A DNA stretch of 64,000 nt, taken from contig NC_068992.1 in assembly GCF_001194135.2 (NCBI RefSeq), positions 29,775,792-29,839,791 of the forward strand, read 5' to 3'. Under the pieces are notes generated by a model that worked only from the letters and a program-made list of their open reading frames with translations, did no database searches and was not told the origin of the DNA. The first letter of the stretch is position 1, and each line of letters begins with the position of its first letter. Below are positions 13,412 to 25,548 of this stretch, piece after piece. The DNA is from Octopus bimaculoides. Lineage: Eukaryota. Both the position numbers and the translations under genes were made by a program.

Positions 13412-14190
13412 NNNNNNNNNNNNNNNNNNNNNNNNNNNNNNNNNNNNNNNNNNNNNNNNNNNNNNNNNNNNNNNNNNNNNNNNNNNNNNNNNNNNNNNNN
13501 NNNNNNNNNNNNNNNNNNNNNNNNNNNNNNNNNNNNNNNNNNNNNNNNNNNNNNNNNNNNNNNNNNNNNNNNNNNNNNNNNNNNNNNNNNNNNNNNNNNN
13601 NNNNNNNNNNNNNNNNNNNNNNNNNNNNNNNNNNNNNNNNNNNNNNNNNNNNNNNNNNNNNNNNNNNNNNNNNNNNNNNNNNNNNNNNNNNNNNNNNNNN
13701 NNNNNNNNNNNNNNNNNNNNNNNNNNNNNNNNNNNNNNNNNNNNNNNNNNNNNNNNNNNNNNNNNNNNNNNNNNNNNNNNNNNNNNNNNNNNNNNNNNNN
13801 NNNNNNNNNNNNNNNNNNNNNNNNNNNNNNNNNNNNNNNNNNNNNNNNNNNNNNNNNNNNNNNNNNNNNNNNNNNNNNNNNNNNNNNNNNNNNNNNNNNN
13901 NNNNNNNNNNNNNNNNNNNNNNNNNNNNNNNNNNNNNNNNNNNNNNNNNNNNNNNNNNNNNNNNNNNNNNNNNNNNNNNNNNNNNNNNNNNNNNNNNNNN
14001 NNNNNNNNNNNNNNNNNNNNNNNNNNNNNNNNNNNNNNNNNNNNNNNNNNNNNNNNNNNNNNNNNNNNNNNNNNNNNNNNNNNNNNNNNNNNNNNNNNNN
14101 NNNNNNNNNNNNNNNNNNNNNNNNNNNNNNNNNNNNNNNNNNNNNNNNNNNNNNNNNNNNNNNNNNNNNNNNNNNNNNNNNNNNNNNNNN

Positions 14191-14236
<46 letters not shown>

Positions 14237-14707
14237 AAGAATAAGTAAATGTCTATAGGTTAGTTTGCATTTGGTATCAAAACATTGATGCATTCAATGC
14301 AAGAATTGGCAAAGAATAGTCAGTTTTGTTCAAAGTGTAATAATACGGTTTAGCTTGAAGCAATATAAAAAAGTAACATATAAAACCAGCGGTTTGATAA
14401 TACGTGGTGCCATTTTAATTGAAAAGTTACGCTCAGAAAAGCGTTGATTATAGATTTATAGAAGTGATGTATGTCGTATAGTATTTAGAAAAAAGAAAGA
14501 AAAGAAATGAAAATAACCCAGTACACTATCAGATAAAAGAAACAAAGAAAAGGAGTTGTAATAAGATAAGTAAAGAAAATTACAAGAGAAACAAGACAAA
14601 AGGTAATTAAATAATACACGAGAAAGTTCTTGTAATTACAGCTAACACCCATGTAAAATATATTTGATCTGTCGGAGGTACTTACTATACAGACAAGAGT
14701 ATATATG

Positions 14708-14741
<34 letters not shown>

Positions 14742-15539
14742 TATATATATATATATATAATTATACGTCTACAAGTATATATACCCACATATTTATATAT
14801 ACAGATATATATATACATACGGATCGATATATATATGTATGTGTATATATACATTTCTCTAGATGAATATACGTGCTTGTATATAACCATTCATGCGGAT
14901 AAATGCATATACCTGTTAAGGTTTTATCACCGAATTATCTATGCGATATGTCTACACATGAATACGCAGAAACGAATAAAAATGCTCACATTTACACGAC
15001 CAGTGAAAGCGAGACAGATTACTGTAAAATGCGCGTGCGTGAAGGAAAAAATCACACATATGGACATATACAGATGTACGTATTTATATGTGAGATTATA
15101 AATCTACAAACACACATACACATGCATATATTAATAATTATGTGCGTATGTATGTATTCATATACAATATATCTGCGTACATTGATACGCATTGTGGTGT
15201 CTGTTTGCGTATGCGAACGCTTTTGGGGCAGTTTGTGTTAGCGTAGATGTGTGTGTGTGGGGAGGCAATGTTATTTCTCTTCTATAAATATTGGCCAGTT
15301 TATCTTGATTACAAAATTCGTAAATTGGCGATAGATAACTAATAATATGTAATAGGAAATCTATCCATCTACGATGGAGGCATAAAAAGAGGGAAGGAAG
15401 TCCTAACCGCATTATGTATTGAGAAATGTGTAAATGGACTTGATAGATTACTGGGTGATGTTTTGGAGAAATCACATTATTGCTGGTGAAACAGCATTCC
15501 ATTGCAGCTACATGACTGTGTTTCCTACTGACATGTGAT

Positions 15540-15571
15540 TCACTCCCGAACTGAATCACTCCCGAACTGAA
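15540..15571 (+). repeat. Perfect 16-bp tandem duplication
   Basis: TCACTCCCGAACTGAA x2. Confidence 0.9.
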
Positions 15572-15806
15572 ATAGGTTGTCATCCACTGTATCATAGATA
15601 GTGAATAGTTATGTGGATCACTCCTAATGAAAGCCAGAGCTCCCTTCGACCGCTACATAAAAAGTATTAAGAAAAAGATGTTATTTAGATATACTTTTAT
15701 TTTAGCTGTTTACACTATTTTACTCATGTTTATACTCTTATACATTCAAACTTCACAAATTTTCCTATTTAAATTATGAATCATATTCATTTCGATAAAG
15801 TCAATA

Positions 15807-16007
15807 TTATTGCAAAACTTCTTTGTAGACGATATTTTTTGTTTGAGCGACGCTAATTTTCAAAATACTGGAGTCCGTTTCTCTACTCATAGCGACATAC
15901 ATAAACATCAGAGTGGGCAAAAATACACCTACACAATCTAACGTCTGGCCTTGTGTCTTGTTAGCTGTGAATGCCCGAGCGAAATCTTTAGGATTGCAAA
16001 AAATCAA
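15807..16007 (-). pseudogene. Helitron RepHel PIF1-type helicase C-terminal fragment
   Basis: AFTANKTQGQTLDCVGVFLPTLMF-MYVAMSR...TKNIVYKEVLQ matches the Helitron tail AMTINKSQGQ..VG+YL....GQLYVA+SR...T.N+VYKEVL. Confidence 0.85.
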
Positions 16008-16369
16008 CCTAAGACTTACTTCTCACAGTTCTATGCGAATAGTATCTGGATATTCTGGTACCATGGGTTATTTTGATTGACAAAACTGAGATGTAAACAA
16101 CATCCGCTTAGATTAGCTGTTTCGAATCCTGCCCAGTACTGACACACGTCAATAACCACTAAATAATCACACACATTATATACTGACACACATTTTTCTA
16201 TATTATTTTCCCTATTAACCGTCCTCACGACCCCCTTCGTATCTACGATGGGGCTACGAACTATGCAATGCACATCCAGAGTTACTCGTGGTCAGTGAAT
16301 GTTTAATAGAAATGTGAAGGTAGTTTGTAAATTCGAAAATCGTTATCCACGAAAGAATCGTACTTGCTG

Positions 16370-16511
16370 ATTTTTTAATGCTTAAAAACCATCCTAACGA
16401 CCATCTTTGTAATCCCGAAAACAATGGTGACCATTGGTCCAGCCATCTGGCCGTGAAGAGGGAACAGATAGAGGGACAGACAGATGGACAGAACACCCGT
16501 TATAATAAGAT
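16370..16511 (-). mobile_element. Helitron 5' end with (CTGT/CCGT)n microsatellite, copy A
   Basis: Minus strand starts A|TCTTATTATAACGGG, then a CTGT-type repeat, then TCTTCACGGCCAGATGGCTGGACC; about 65-70% similar to 16700-16886. Confidence 0.65.
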
Positions 16512-16699
16512 AACAATAACATATATAAGATAGCAAATCTTCCCATCTACGATGGGAAATAAACGGATAGTATCGCAAATCTAAACCCTCGAAATTCACT
16601 AACTATACGGGGGTTGGGGTTTGGAATCCAGAATATGGATTTTAACAAAAAAAAAATCAAAAGTAATTTATTAATACAAATCTCAATATCCATTGAATA

Positions 16700-16886
16700 A
16701 TCATATTATTTAACATTTTTGTCGCTAAAATCCTTCCTGATTACATCCTTCGTAAACCCGAAAAACATCGTGGACACTGGCCCAGACGTTTGAGCGTGAA
16801 GAGTGTACAGACAGACGGATGGACAGACGGACGGAGAGACAGACGGACGGATGGACAGACGGATATAACGCCCATTATAGTAAGAT
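16700..16886 (-). mobile_element. Helitron 5' end with (CCGT/CTGT)n microsatellite, copy B
   Basis: Minus strand starts A|TCTTACTATAATGGG, then CCGT/CTGT repeats, then TCTTCACGCTCAAACGTCTGGGCC; paralogous to copy A. Confidence 0.65.
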
Positions 16887-17334
16887 GTATGCATTCACTG
16901 TGAATGAATATAAAGGAATACACCTCTAACTACCTCGCAGGCACGCGTGCACACACATACACACACATATAGACAATACATCCACAAACACACTCTCACT
17001 TGTATAATTGTGTCTCTTCCTTTGAAATTTGTGTTTAGCTAAACTTATGGCTTGAAAGTTGCAACTAAGGACGTGCGCACTATTAAGTGCGTCTCACTCT
17101 CCGTATTTCTGCATTTCCTTGTCTATCTCTCTCACTCACAGGTACCTTTTTCTCTCTCTCTCCCTTATATATATATGTATATATATAAATTATGTGTATT
17201 TTTCAATGTGTACAAATAACACGGAAAAAAATAGCCACCAGGAGCGCAAAAGTTCACACAAGTGCCAAGCATATTACAGCCTACTTATAAAGGTAGAAAT
17301 TCCAGTGTTAAGTGAAATGTTTTTGGATAGCATA

Positions 17335-18285
17335 GATAAATTAAGAAATCGAGTTAAACGCAGGTGTTATTCAAATCTTTATACTTCCGACATATTTTTC
17401 GAAGAAAACATTGATATTATTATGGGGAGAATAAAATGATGTAAAACAATGCAATCATCTCATCAGGGAAAATAAAAAGAGAAACCACAGCAATACGCTA
17501 TTTTAACCGAATGTGATCTGCTTATGATATGGGAATATGAACCAAACAGTTTTCTTAGGAAACATCTTGTTATTAGGGTGGTTATCTCCCTTACACTGCA
17601 AAATTATATTTTTTAATTTACTGTTGTTATTCGAACTAAAATTTATATTGTTATTGCTGTTATGAAGTGTCTCATGCTCTGAATAATAGAGGTAGAATTA
17701 ATGTCAATAGGGTTAATATAGGTAATATTTTCTTTATAGCCTGCTTTAAGTAAGGCAGAGTTACAAAATTCGGCTTTGTCGTTGAAGATATCAACATTAG
17801 CAGATAATCTAGAAAGTCTAAGTGAAATATTTCTGACTAAATTCCTTGTAATAGCATTTGAATGATTACTGAAAGAGCTAATATATTTTTAATTAGTTGA
17901 TTGTTTGTGGTATGGGAAATGTGAATAATTATATAAGCTAAGGGTAATATCCCGAAAGTTGGCTTTTGGATATTAATTTTTGGATATTACCCATAACCTT
18001 TTTCTCTCCTCCTTCTCATTCTCTAAGTTGCCTTTGACGTTATATCTATTAACGTTTTTTTTTAAATAACTTGCCAGCGTTCCCCTTCATCATATACGCA
18101 GTAATCACATTCGGTTAAAATCGCTTATTGATGTGTTTTGTTTCTCTTCTTTTCCATGACGAGATGACTGCATTGTTTTACATCATTTTATTCCCCCCAC
18201 AATAATAAGAATGTTTTCTTCGAAACATATGTCGGAAGTATAAAGACTTGAATAATACCCGTGTTTTACTCCATCTCTTAACTTC
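17335..18285. repeat. Long inverted repeat pair (about 205 bp arms, about 540 bp spacer)
   Basis: 17335-17540 aligns with the reverse complement of 18078-18285 at about 80%; also visible in the ORF track (KLRNRVKRRCYSNLYTSDIFFEENI vs KLRDGVKHGYYSSLYTSDICFEENI). Confidence 0.9.
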
Positions 18286-20793
18286 TCTCTCTCTCTCTCA
18301 CTCCCTCTCGCTCGCTCTTTACATATATATTTATATATATATATATATATATATGTACTCAGATGAATGTGTATGTATATATATACATGCATGTATATGA
18401 ATATATAGCAAAATAATACACACGCGCACACATACATGCAGACATACACACACATATACATATATACATATATTTGTCATAGGAGGACCTAATTTTCATC
18501 GTTTGCAGTGAAGGAAACCAAATACTAGGACGTGTTTGATGGGGTCCCTGTCAGAAGGTGAGATACGCCCTAATTTCTCTGAGAAATCAGATTTCCAACA
18601 CTATCTGTGGTCGTTGGTTTGAAGCGAAATGAAACAGCCAAACTCGCTGTAAGAGAAACCGAAACAATTAAAACCAACTCAAGATGATTGTGACTCAAAC
18701 ATCGCTACTGAAAATCATTTGCAAGCAAATCCTAATTTGGGAATAGCTGCGTATTGGTCATGAGAAGAGTATAGTTTAAGAGTTGATTTTCTAGTGACTT
18801 TGACGTATCTAATGAAGATGCAGAAGTGTTCCAAACAATGTTACAGCCTGAGTTTCCAACGTATTTAAATAGCTCCTACTGATTTCCATGTGTTGGAGAA
18901 AAACATGTATATGTATGTCACGTTTTACATTCTATCTATCTATCTATTTATCTATATATCTTTCTATATGAATATATTGATATATATACCCACATACATA
19001 CATAAATTCATATATATATANNNNNNNNNNNNNNNNNNNNNNNNNNNNNNNNNNNNNNNNNNNNNNNNNNNNNNNNNNNNNNNNNNNNNNNNNNNNNNNN
19101 NNNNNNNNNNNNNNNNNNNNNNNNNNNNNNNNNNNNNNNNNNNNNNNNNNNNNNNNNNNNNNNNNNNNNNNNNNNNNNNNNNNNNNNNNNNNNNNNNNNN
19201 NNNNNNNNNNNNNNNNNNNNNNNNNNNNNNNNNNNNNNNNNNNNNNNNNNNNNNNNNNNNNNNNNNNNNNNNNNNNNNNNNNNNNNNNNNNNNNNNNNNN
19301 NNNNNNNNNNNNNNNNNNNNNNNNNNNNNNNNNNNNNNNNNNNNNNNNNNNNNNNNNNNNNNNNNNNNNNNNNNNNNNNNNNNNNNNATAAACAAATATA
19401 TATATATATATACATATATATACATAATATATACATACTTATATACGTACATACATGCATACAAAAACATATCGTTTGAAGTGATACTGTGTTGAGATTA
19501 TATGAGAAATAGGAAAACTAATTAGTTGAGCGCGAAGAGAACCGTAATTAAAATCCTATACATATATTCACAGACATTTATATCGTAATTATTACCCTAG
19601 TCACTCCCTCTATTTCCTTCTCCCCTATGTCTAATTCTCTCTTTCGCTTCCCGCTGCATTAAATACAAAAGTAAAAATTCATATATTCTCATATACTGAA
19701 GCAGTAACAGGCATACATACAGCCACACATAAAAATGTACTAATCGTGTACACACACGCATAAACACACACACGCACACACACAAGCACACACACACGCA
19801 ATTTAAGTACATATACTTACATATATGAACGTACATATGCATACACGTACACACATATATTTGTACAGGAATCACATAAAAGACAGAGTGATTAAACAAA
19901 ACGATGTTTCACTGAAGAGAACACGTTATACTAAAACCGCTTATAATGATAGCCTTTCATTTTATCTTCTGAAATCATAGATAATTATGTCTTAAGTGTA
20001 ATCTCTTATGACGAAGAATCACACCAATATGATTATTAGCAATCCTGTTCTAATTTAAACATCTTCGATTCCCCCTCTTCCATTTCTCTGAATCAAGTGC
20101 AATGACTGTGTTTTCGATACTAAAAGTATGATCAACAATCAAGGTATACATTTTTTGCGGAGAAATTCTTTAATATAATTGCTTGTGTTGTGCGGGGTAT
20201 TTTATTTTTATATTTTATCTTGTAGCAAATGTCAAGCAGTGGAAACAGCAGTATCAGTATTAGCACTACTATTGCTGTTGCTGCCGCTGATGAGGATGAC
20301 GATAATGGTGGCAGTGTAGACGATGATGATGTGTTTAATAATTATGATAATGATGGTTCCACTTATATGAATAACGGTTGCTATACAATTGCAGTTGATG
20401 TTAAGACACCCATTAATTCAATGTTATTTTTCTTGACGCTCCTGTTCTCGTAAAATCTCAAAAAATATACACGGTGACACGGTGCAGATCATTAACAACA
20501 TTATCTTTCAAAGTGTTTACGTCAGTGCTGCACCGATTCTGTCAAGCCCCGGCTCTCAGTATTAACAATTATTTACAACTGGCTTAATTGATATCACATA
20601 TTTCGAAGTGAGCGAAATATATTAGGTTTACTCCAGATCTTGTGTGATAGTTAATTTGAACTACGTAGAAGTATGGTATGCAAAATTGATCCAGGCGTTA
20701 TTTCATTTAAGAATACAGCTGTATATAAAAAAACAGCAAATACTTCTGCCTACCGCATTAGAAATTTTATTATCCATCACTCTTATATGTATA

Positions 20794-21393
20794 CTAGCAG
20801 CTAAGCCCGGTTTCACCCAGTCTATTTGGATGATGTGGCTCTGATCGTTTTCGGTATGGCATAATCTATAACAGCGTTTCGCAACTTTATCATTTCGGGT
20901 TCGCTGTTTCGATTGGAGCCTCAAGTTGTATGAAAATTTCCTGACTCCCCCCACCACTTCCCAGAAAAGAGCTTCAGGAGATGTGAAGAACGAATTTGTA
21001 CGTAGTTTGTTTCTGAGAGCTATTCTATTGGACCTCTGTCTAATCATTAAAACATTGAGCGATATTTCGATATGGGAACACACAGCTGTCACTTACAAAC
21101 CATTTATAAATCACGAGAGCTTAGTTACATTTTCGAAAATGATGGTCGGTTACCGTAAAAAAAAAAAAAATTTTAATATGGGTTGGGGGTAAGGGGTCTT
21201 TTGAACTCGGCGTGAAAGCAAAAGAGACAGAGAGAGTGCGATTGTGTCCTTTTGCGTGTGTGTGTGTGTGTGTGTTTGATGAGGTGTGCGAGATAGAATG
21301 TGTGGTGTGTATGTGAATTGCTTTTGTTAATGTGTGTGAAGAGACAGAGAGAGTAATGTTGTTGATGTGTGTGTGTATATGTGTGTGTGTGTA

Positions 21394-21446
<53 letters not shown>

Positions 21447-22103
21447 AAGAAAGAGAGAGAGATAACTGAAACCTTTTGTTCACTTTTTGTAGTGAGTGAA
21501 TGTGTGAGTGACTGACAGAGAAAAAGTGAGCGAGAGAAAGACAGAGAGTGAGGTTATGTATATATGTATTTATGCATGGCTTCAGTGAGACACACACACG
21601 CACGCACGCACGCAGGTTGTTATGCATGTATATTTGTATGCATACATAGATGTATGCATCTATGTATGGCCGAGAGAGAGAGAGAGTTAATTGAAATATT
21701 TTTATTTACATTTTGTAGTGAGTGAATGTGTGAGTGACTGACAGACAAAACGAGAGAGAGGTTAGGTATGTTTGTATGTATGTATGCATGTATGTATGTA
21801 TGAAAGGCTTTGGCTGACTGTCACCCTGTACTCCCCTTGTTGCTAGCGAAATTGTATATGCCGGCCGTGTGAGCAACTGGTTGTTTTAATGGCGGAACAA
21901 ACAGTGGAATTCCATTAGAAAACGTTTTAATCAACTTTCGTGATAACTATAGGGGCTAGGAAAGAAATACAAACTGCATTCTAATCTATGCACCCGTCTC
22001 CACATGTGTGTCATTTTTCACGCGAATCCACCCAGCAGTTTGGCTGTGAACCTCAAGACAAAAAAGAATACAACGATCGCCCATGTCCAATTTATATTAT
22101 AGA
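20794..22103 (-). mobile_element. Full-length non-autonomous Helitron (about 1.3 kb) with canonical termini
   Basis: Minus strand 5' A|TCTATAATATAAA ... 3' GGGTGAAACCGGGCTTAGCTGCTAG|T: TC start, GC-rich subterminal segment, CTAG end, inserted in an AT dinucleotide. The 5' block resembles the ends at 16.4-16.9 kb. The interior carries (GT)n/(GA)n and a duplication. Confidence 0.75.
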
Positions 22104-22147
22104 TATATATATATATATATTTTGGCAAATTATAGATGTTATAGATA

Positions 22148-22700
22148 TATATAGGCAAATTTATTGTAGAAAATGCACTTAAATTTGAAAAAGCTTGTAA
22201 TTGTTTAAAATAAATTTATTTACCTTACATATATACCAAATTAGTTTCAACAATATTTTTGTTTACAGAAATTGTAAACCAAATCCATTTTTTACTATCT
22301 CGATTTCTCCCTTGTTTTTCTCCCTCTTAACTCAGCATGACTGAAACTTCGATGATATTTATTTCTAGTCAACCACTACTAACACTAATGAACTTTGTGC
22401 ATTTAAACAAGTTGATGCACAACAGTTATAATATAATTGACTGTAATGAACATTTAAACTTGTCAACATTAAAACATTTAAACATGTTTTTCTAACTCCG
22501 ATTTCTAAATTTGTCTTTAATGAACATTTAATCTTGTCCACATTGAAAACTTTAAACATGTTTTTCTAAATGTTTACCAGTGATAAACAAAAAAGTATTG
22601 TTGAAACTAATTTGGTATGTATGTAAATAAATTTACTTTAAACAATTACAAGTTTTTAAATTTAGGTTCATTTTCAACAGCAAATCTGTCTACATGATTT
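22148..22700. mobile_element. MITE/fold-back-like element: about 130 bp terminal inverted repeats with an internal 74-bp-period tandem repeat
   Basis: 22148-22278 vs reverse complement of 22568-22700 (shared CTTGTAATTGTTTAAAA, ATACCAAATTAGTTTCAACAATA); TAATGAACATTTAA...AAACATGTTTTTCTAA at 22444 and 22518. Confidence 0.7.
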
Positions 22701-22985
22701 TCCCTGCGTGGAAATACACCCTCTTTTTTTGTTATATATATAATGGTAATAATAATAATAATATTAATAGTAATAAGGATTTGGATAAACCTGTGATTCG
22801 CGCCTATGGTAAATATTAAATAGGATATTCCGGTTATGTACACAGAGAAACTGAACCGTATGGGTATTTAGCGCCTAGGCCCTGGGGACTCATCTGAGGC
22901 ACGCGTTACGTTGATTGTACGTTGTCGGTATACTTCAAGGTGTCCCACACGTAAATCCCTACGACTATGGATAATTCGATTATAT

Positions 22986-22996
22986 ATGTGTGTGTG

Positions 22997-23090
<94 letters not shown>
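22986..23090 (+). repeat. (TG)n microsatellite
   Basis: Direct reading. Confidence 0.95.
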
Positions 23091-23095
<5 letters not shown>

Positions 23096-24499
23096 TTGCT
23101 GTAATTATTAGAGTATATATTTGAGCAAAGCTATCGGAAAGTAAACTGGATGAGAATGTGACATACTACGGAACATTCTGAGATGTTAAATTATGGATGT
23201 TAAAATAATATTTTAACATCCACTCCCCTCAGAATAAATAAATTTATAAATAAATGGATTCTGTGTAAAATTTTTCGCATGTTAATAGAAGTTATTACGT
23301 ATTATGGTATTCAAATTAAAATTAGGGCAATAGGAAACATCACATCATCTGAATGATAGTAATGACAATCAATATAAAAAGTCGCAATCTGCTCCTAGTC
23401 ATTGATGGAATACTCAACTACTGAAAGACGGGGGCTCGAGCTAAGACTTACGTCATTTTCTATTGCTCCTAATGCATAAGCAAGCATTATATACGCGTAT
23501 ATATACCTATATAGATATGTGTGTGCGTATGTGTGTGTGTGTATCATCACGAAAACGGTAAGCGAACAGACCGTGGTGGATTAACAATTAACCGAATCTG
23601 TAAAATGAGAGAGGGGCTTTTGCGAGGTGAAAGGATGTATGGAGAAGCTGGCTTTATCCATTCTATCTTATATAGTAGAAATATTTTTAGAAGTCACTGA
23701 GGGATGTATGGGTAGCACTGTAACTCTAGCTACATCTGCATACATAACGTTACGTAAGTAGATTGATAGGAGAAATGAATTATTTGCAAGTTCGGAGATA
23801 TGGAAGAATATTTGCGATATGGAAGCATATTGTGATTCTGTTATATCATTTCTTGTATTTGACGTCAGGTTCGCAAAGGATTTGCGGTGGCTTCCTTTAT
23901 AAGGACTATGTGCTTGTCAGGGAAATAGGGAAATTGCGCAATGACTTGAAAAATATCTTATTGACGCCATTTATGCATCGTTTACGAGCCATTATTTATT
24001 CAGTTAAATGCAAGCAAATTTGCCATATCTGCCTCATATCTGTTTTATCTGTTTTATCCGAAAGGATAAAACATAACGTCGACTTCGGCACTATGTGAAT
24101 AGCAATAGCCAGGATACATGACATCACCAATTTACCCGACGTTGTAACGATTCTGTCCATTCATCTCCTCTGAAATATATAAGCATGAATACATACTAAG
24201 AAAGATAACTCTAACGAGAGATAAACCGAAACCCTTGTCATGATTTATGTACCAGGCTTGTGCAAATGACCCAACTTGAAACAAATATAAAAGGAAATGA
24301 AATGGTATACGTTGTTGCACTAAAGGAGCTTCAGTATAACATGAATATATTAAACAAGTTTCACGATTCAATATGTAGTGACATAGTTCTACAAGTTTTC
24401 TACCAAATCTAAATTATCCTTGTAACGAAATGTTAGCCATCTTTGTTGGATTTCTCTGAAAGCATAAACTAACTGGCACTAACTGCTCGTGAAATTATC

Positions 24500-24760
24500 A
24501 TGCTAGTTGACGAGTACTCTACAGACATCCGTGCCCTTAACATAGTATTCGTTCTCAGGAAGATTCAGCGTGACACAGAATGAGATAAACCTGGCCCTTT
24601 AAATTATAGGTACAACACATTTTTGCCAGCCGACTTCACTGGAACAACATGAAATAAAGTGTTTTGATCGAGGAGACAACATGTCACTAGTAATTACACT
24701 CACGACCTTATGATCGTGAGTCGAATACCCTAATCACTTAGCTATGTGCCTTCACACGTG
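24500..24760 (-). mobile_element. tRNA-derived SINE (second family), degraded
   Basis: Minus strand 5' GCACATAGCTAAGTGATTAGGGTATTCGACTCACGATCATAAGGTCGTGAGTGTAATT has A-box/B-box-like spacing; body resembles octopus SINEs as recalled. Confidence 0.6.
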
Positions 24761-25462
24761 GCCACGCGCCTCATCAAGTTGAAAGAAGTGAATCATTATT
24801 CGTGACACCTCATGTTGCTGTACATTAGTCTCCGCTATTCTTGCAAATTTTGTAACTGTCATTTATTTATATGAGGTATAAAATGACTGGCGCTACAGAC
24901 TTGTTTATAAAACAAGGGCAAATCATTCTTCCAGTTAGAATGCCAGTCCATCACACAAGGTATTTCTAGATCATTTGTTAACTAATGGTGCCAGCCTTTG
25001 TAGAAGAATTTATTGAAAATAATTATTGTGTATAAAGAGAACTCCGAAACTCTTCGAACGGAATTTTTCCATCATTTCCATTCAAAATATTACCTTCGGC
25101 ATATAAATACATATGACATTTTATTTACATACTTTAGAAAGAAGCAGCATTTCATAATATATTATACATTTTAAACTACATTAATGCATTAAATAATCAT
25201 ATATAGGAAGATGCACATATGATTTAAGTGTATTAACCATATTTTATTTATTTTAATGTCTAATGCGAGAAGCCGATACCCGCTGTTATATTATTAACTA
25301 TAAATTTTACCAAAAAGTTTGGCAAGTGAGGGGCGAAAACTAGAAACTTATATTGAGTTAGTGTTTCTGTTTACTCTTCTGAGAAAGATATTAATCTCTC
25401 TGTTAAATATATTAAATATATACGCTCTGTTATATAATATCATGTCATATCTCTATGCAAAA

Positions 25463-25465
<3 letters not shown>

Positions 25466-25545
<80 letters not shown>
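25466..25545 (+). repeat. (GA)n microsatellite
   Basis: Direct reading. Confidence 0.95.

Positions 25546-25548
<3 letters not shown>

Noticed and set aside
15385-15520. NGLDRLLGDVL resembling the Helitron helicase ALDRxLRD motif
   Set aside because: Short and weak match on the opposite strand to the helicase tail; cannot be supported without a profile search.
18600-18780. DSNIATENHLQANP resembling a Penelope GIY-YIG tail
   Set aside because: Too degenerate, with no second motif in register.
20229-20453. Ser/Ala/Asp-rich ORF after an acceptor-like AG
   Set aside because: Degenerate (GCT)/(GAT)/(AGT) trinucleotide low-complexity sequence with no domain; a similar tract occurs at 52690-52775.
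20478-20537. CGGTGCAG...CTGCACCG pre-miRNA-like hairpin
   Set aside because: Only the 8-bp base pairs well; the upper stem is too poorly paired for a miRNA precursor.
25290-25345. GGGGCGAAAACTAG as a + strand Helitron 3' end
   Set aside because: CTAG is followed by A rather than T, the hairpin is not convincing and no matching TC start was found.
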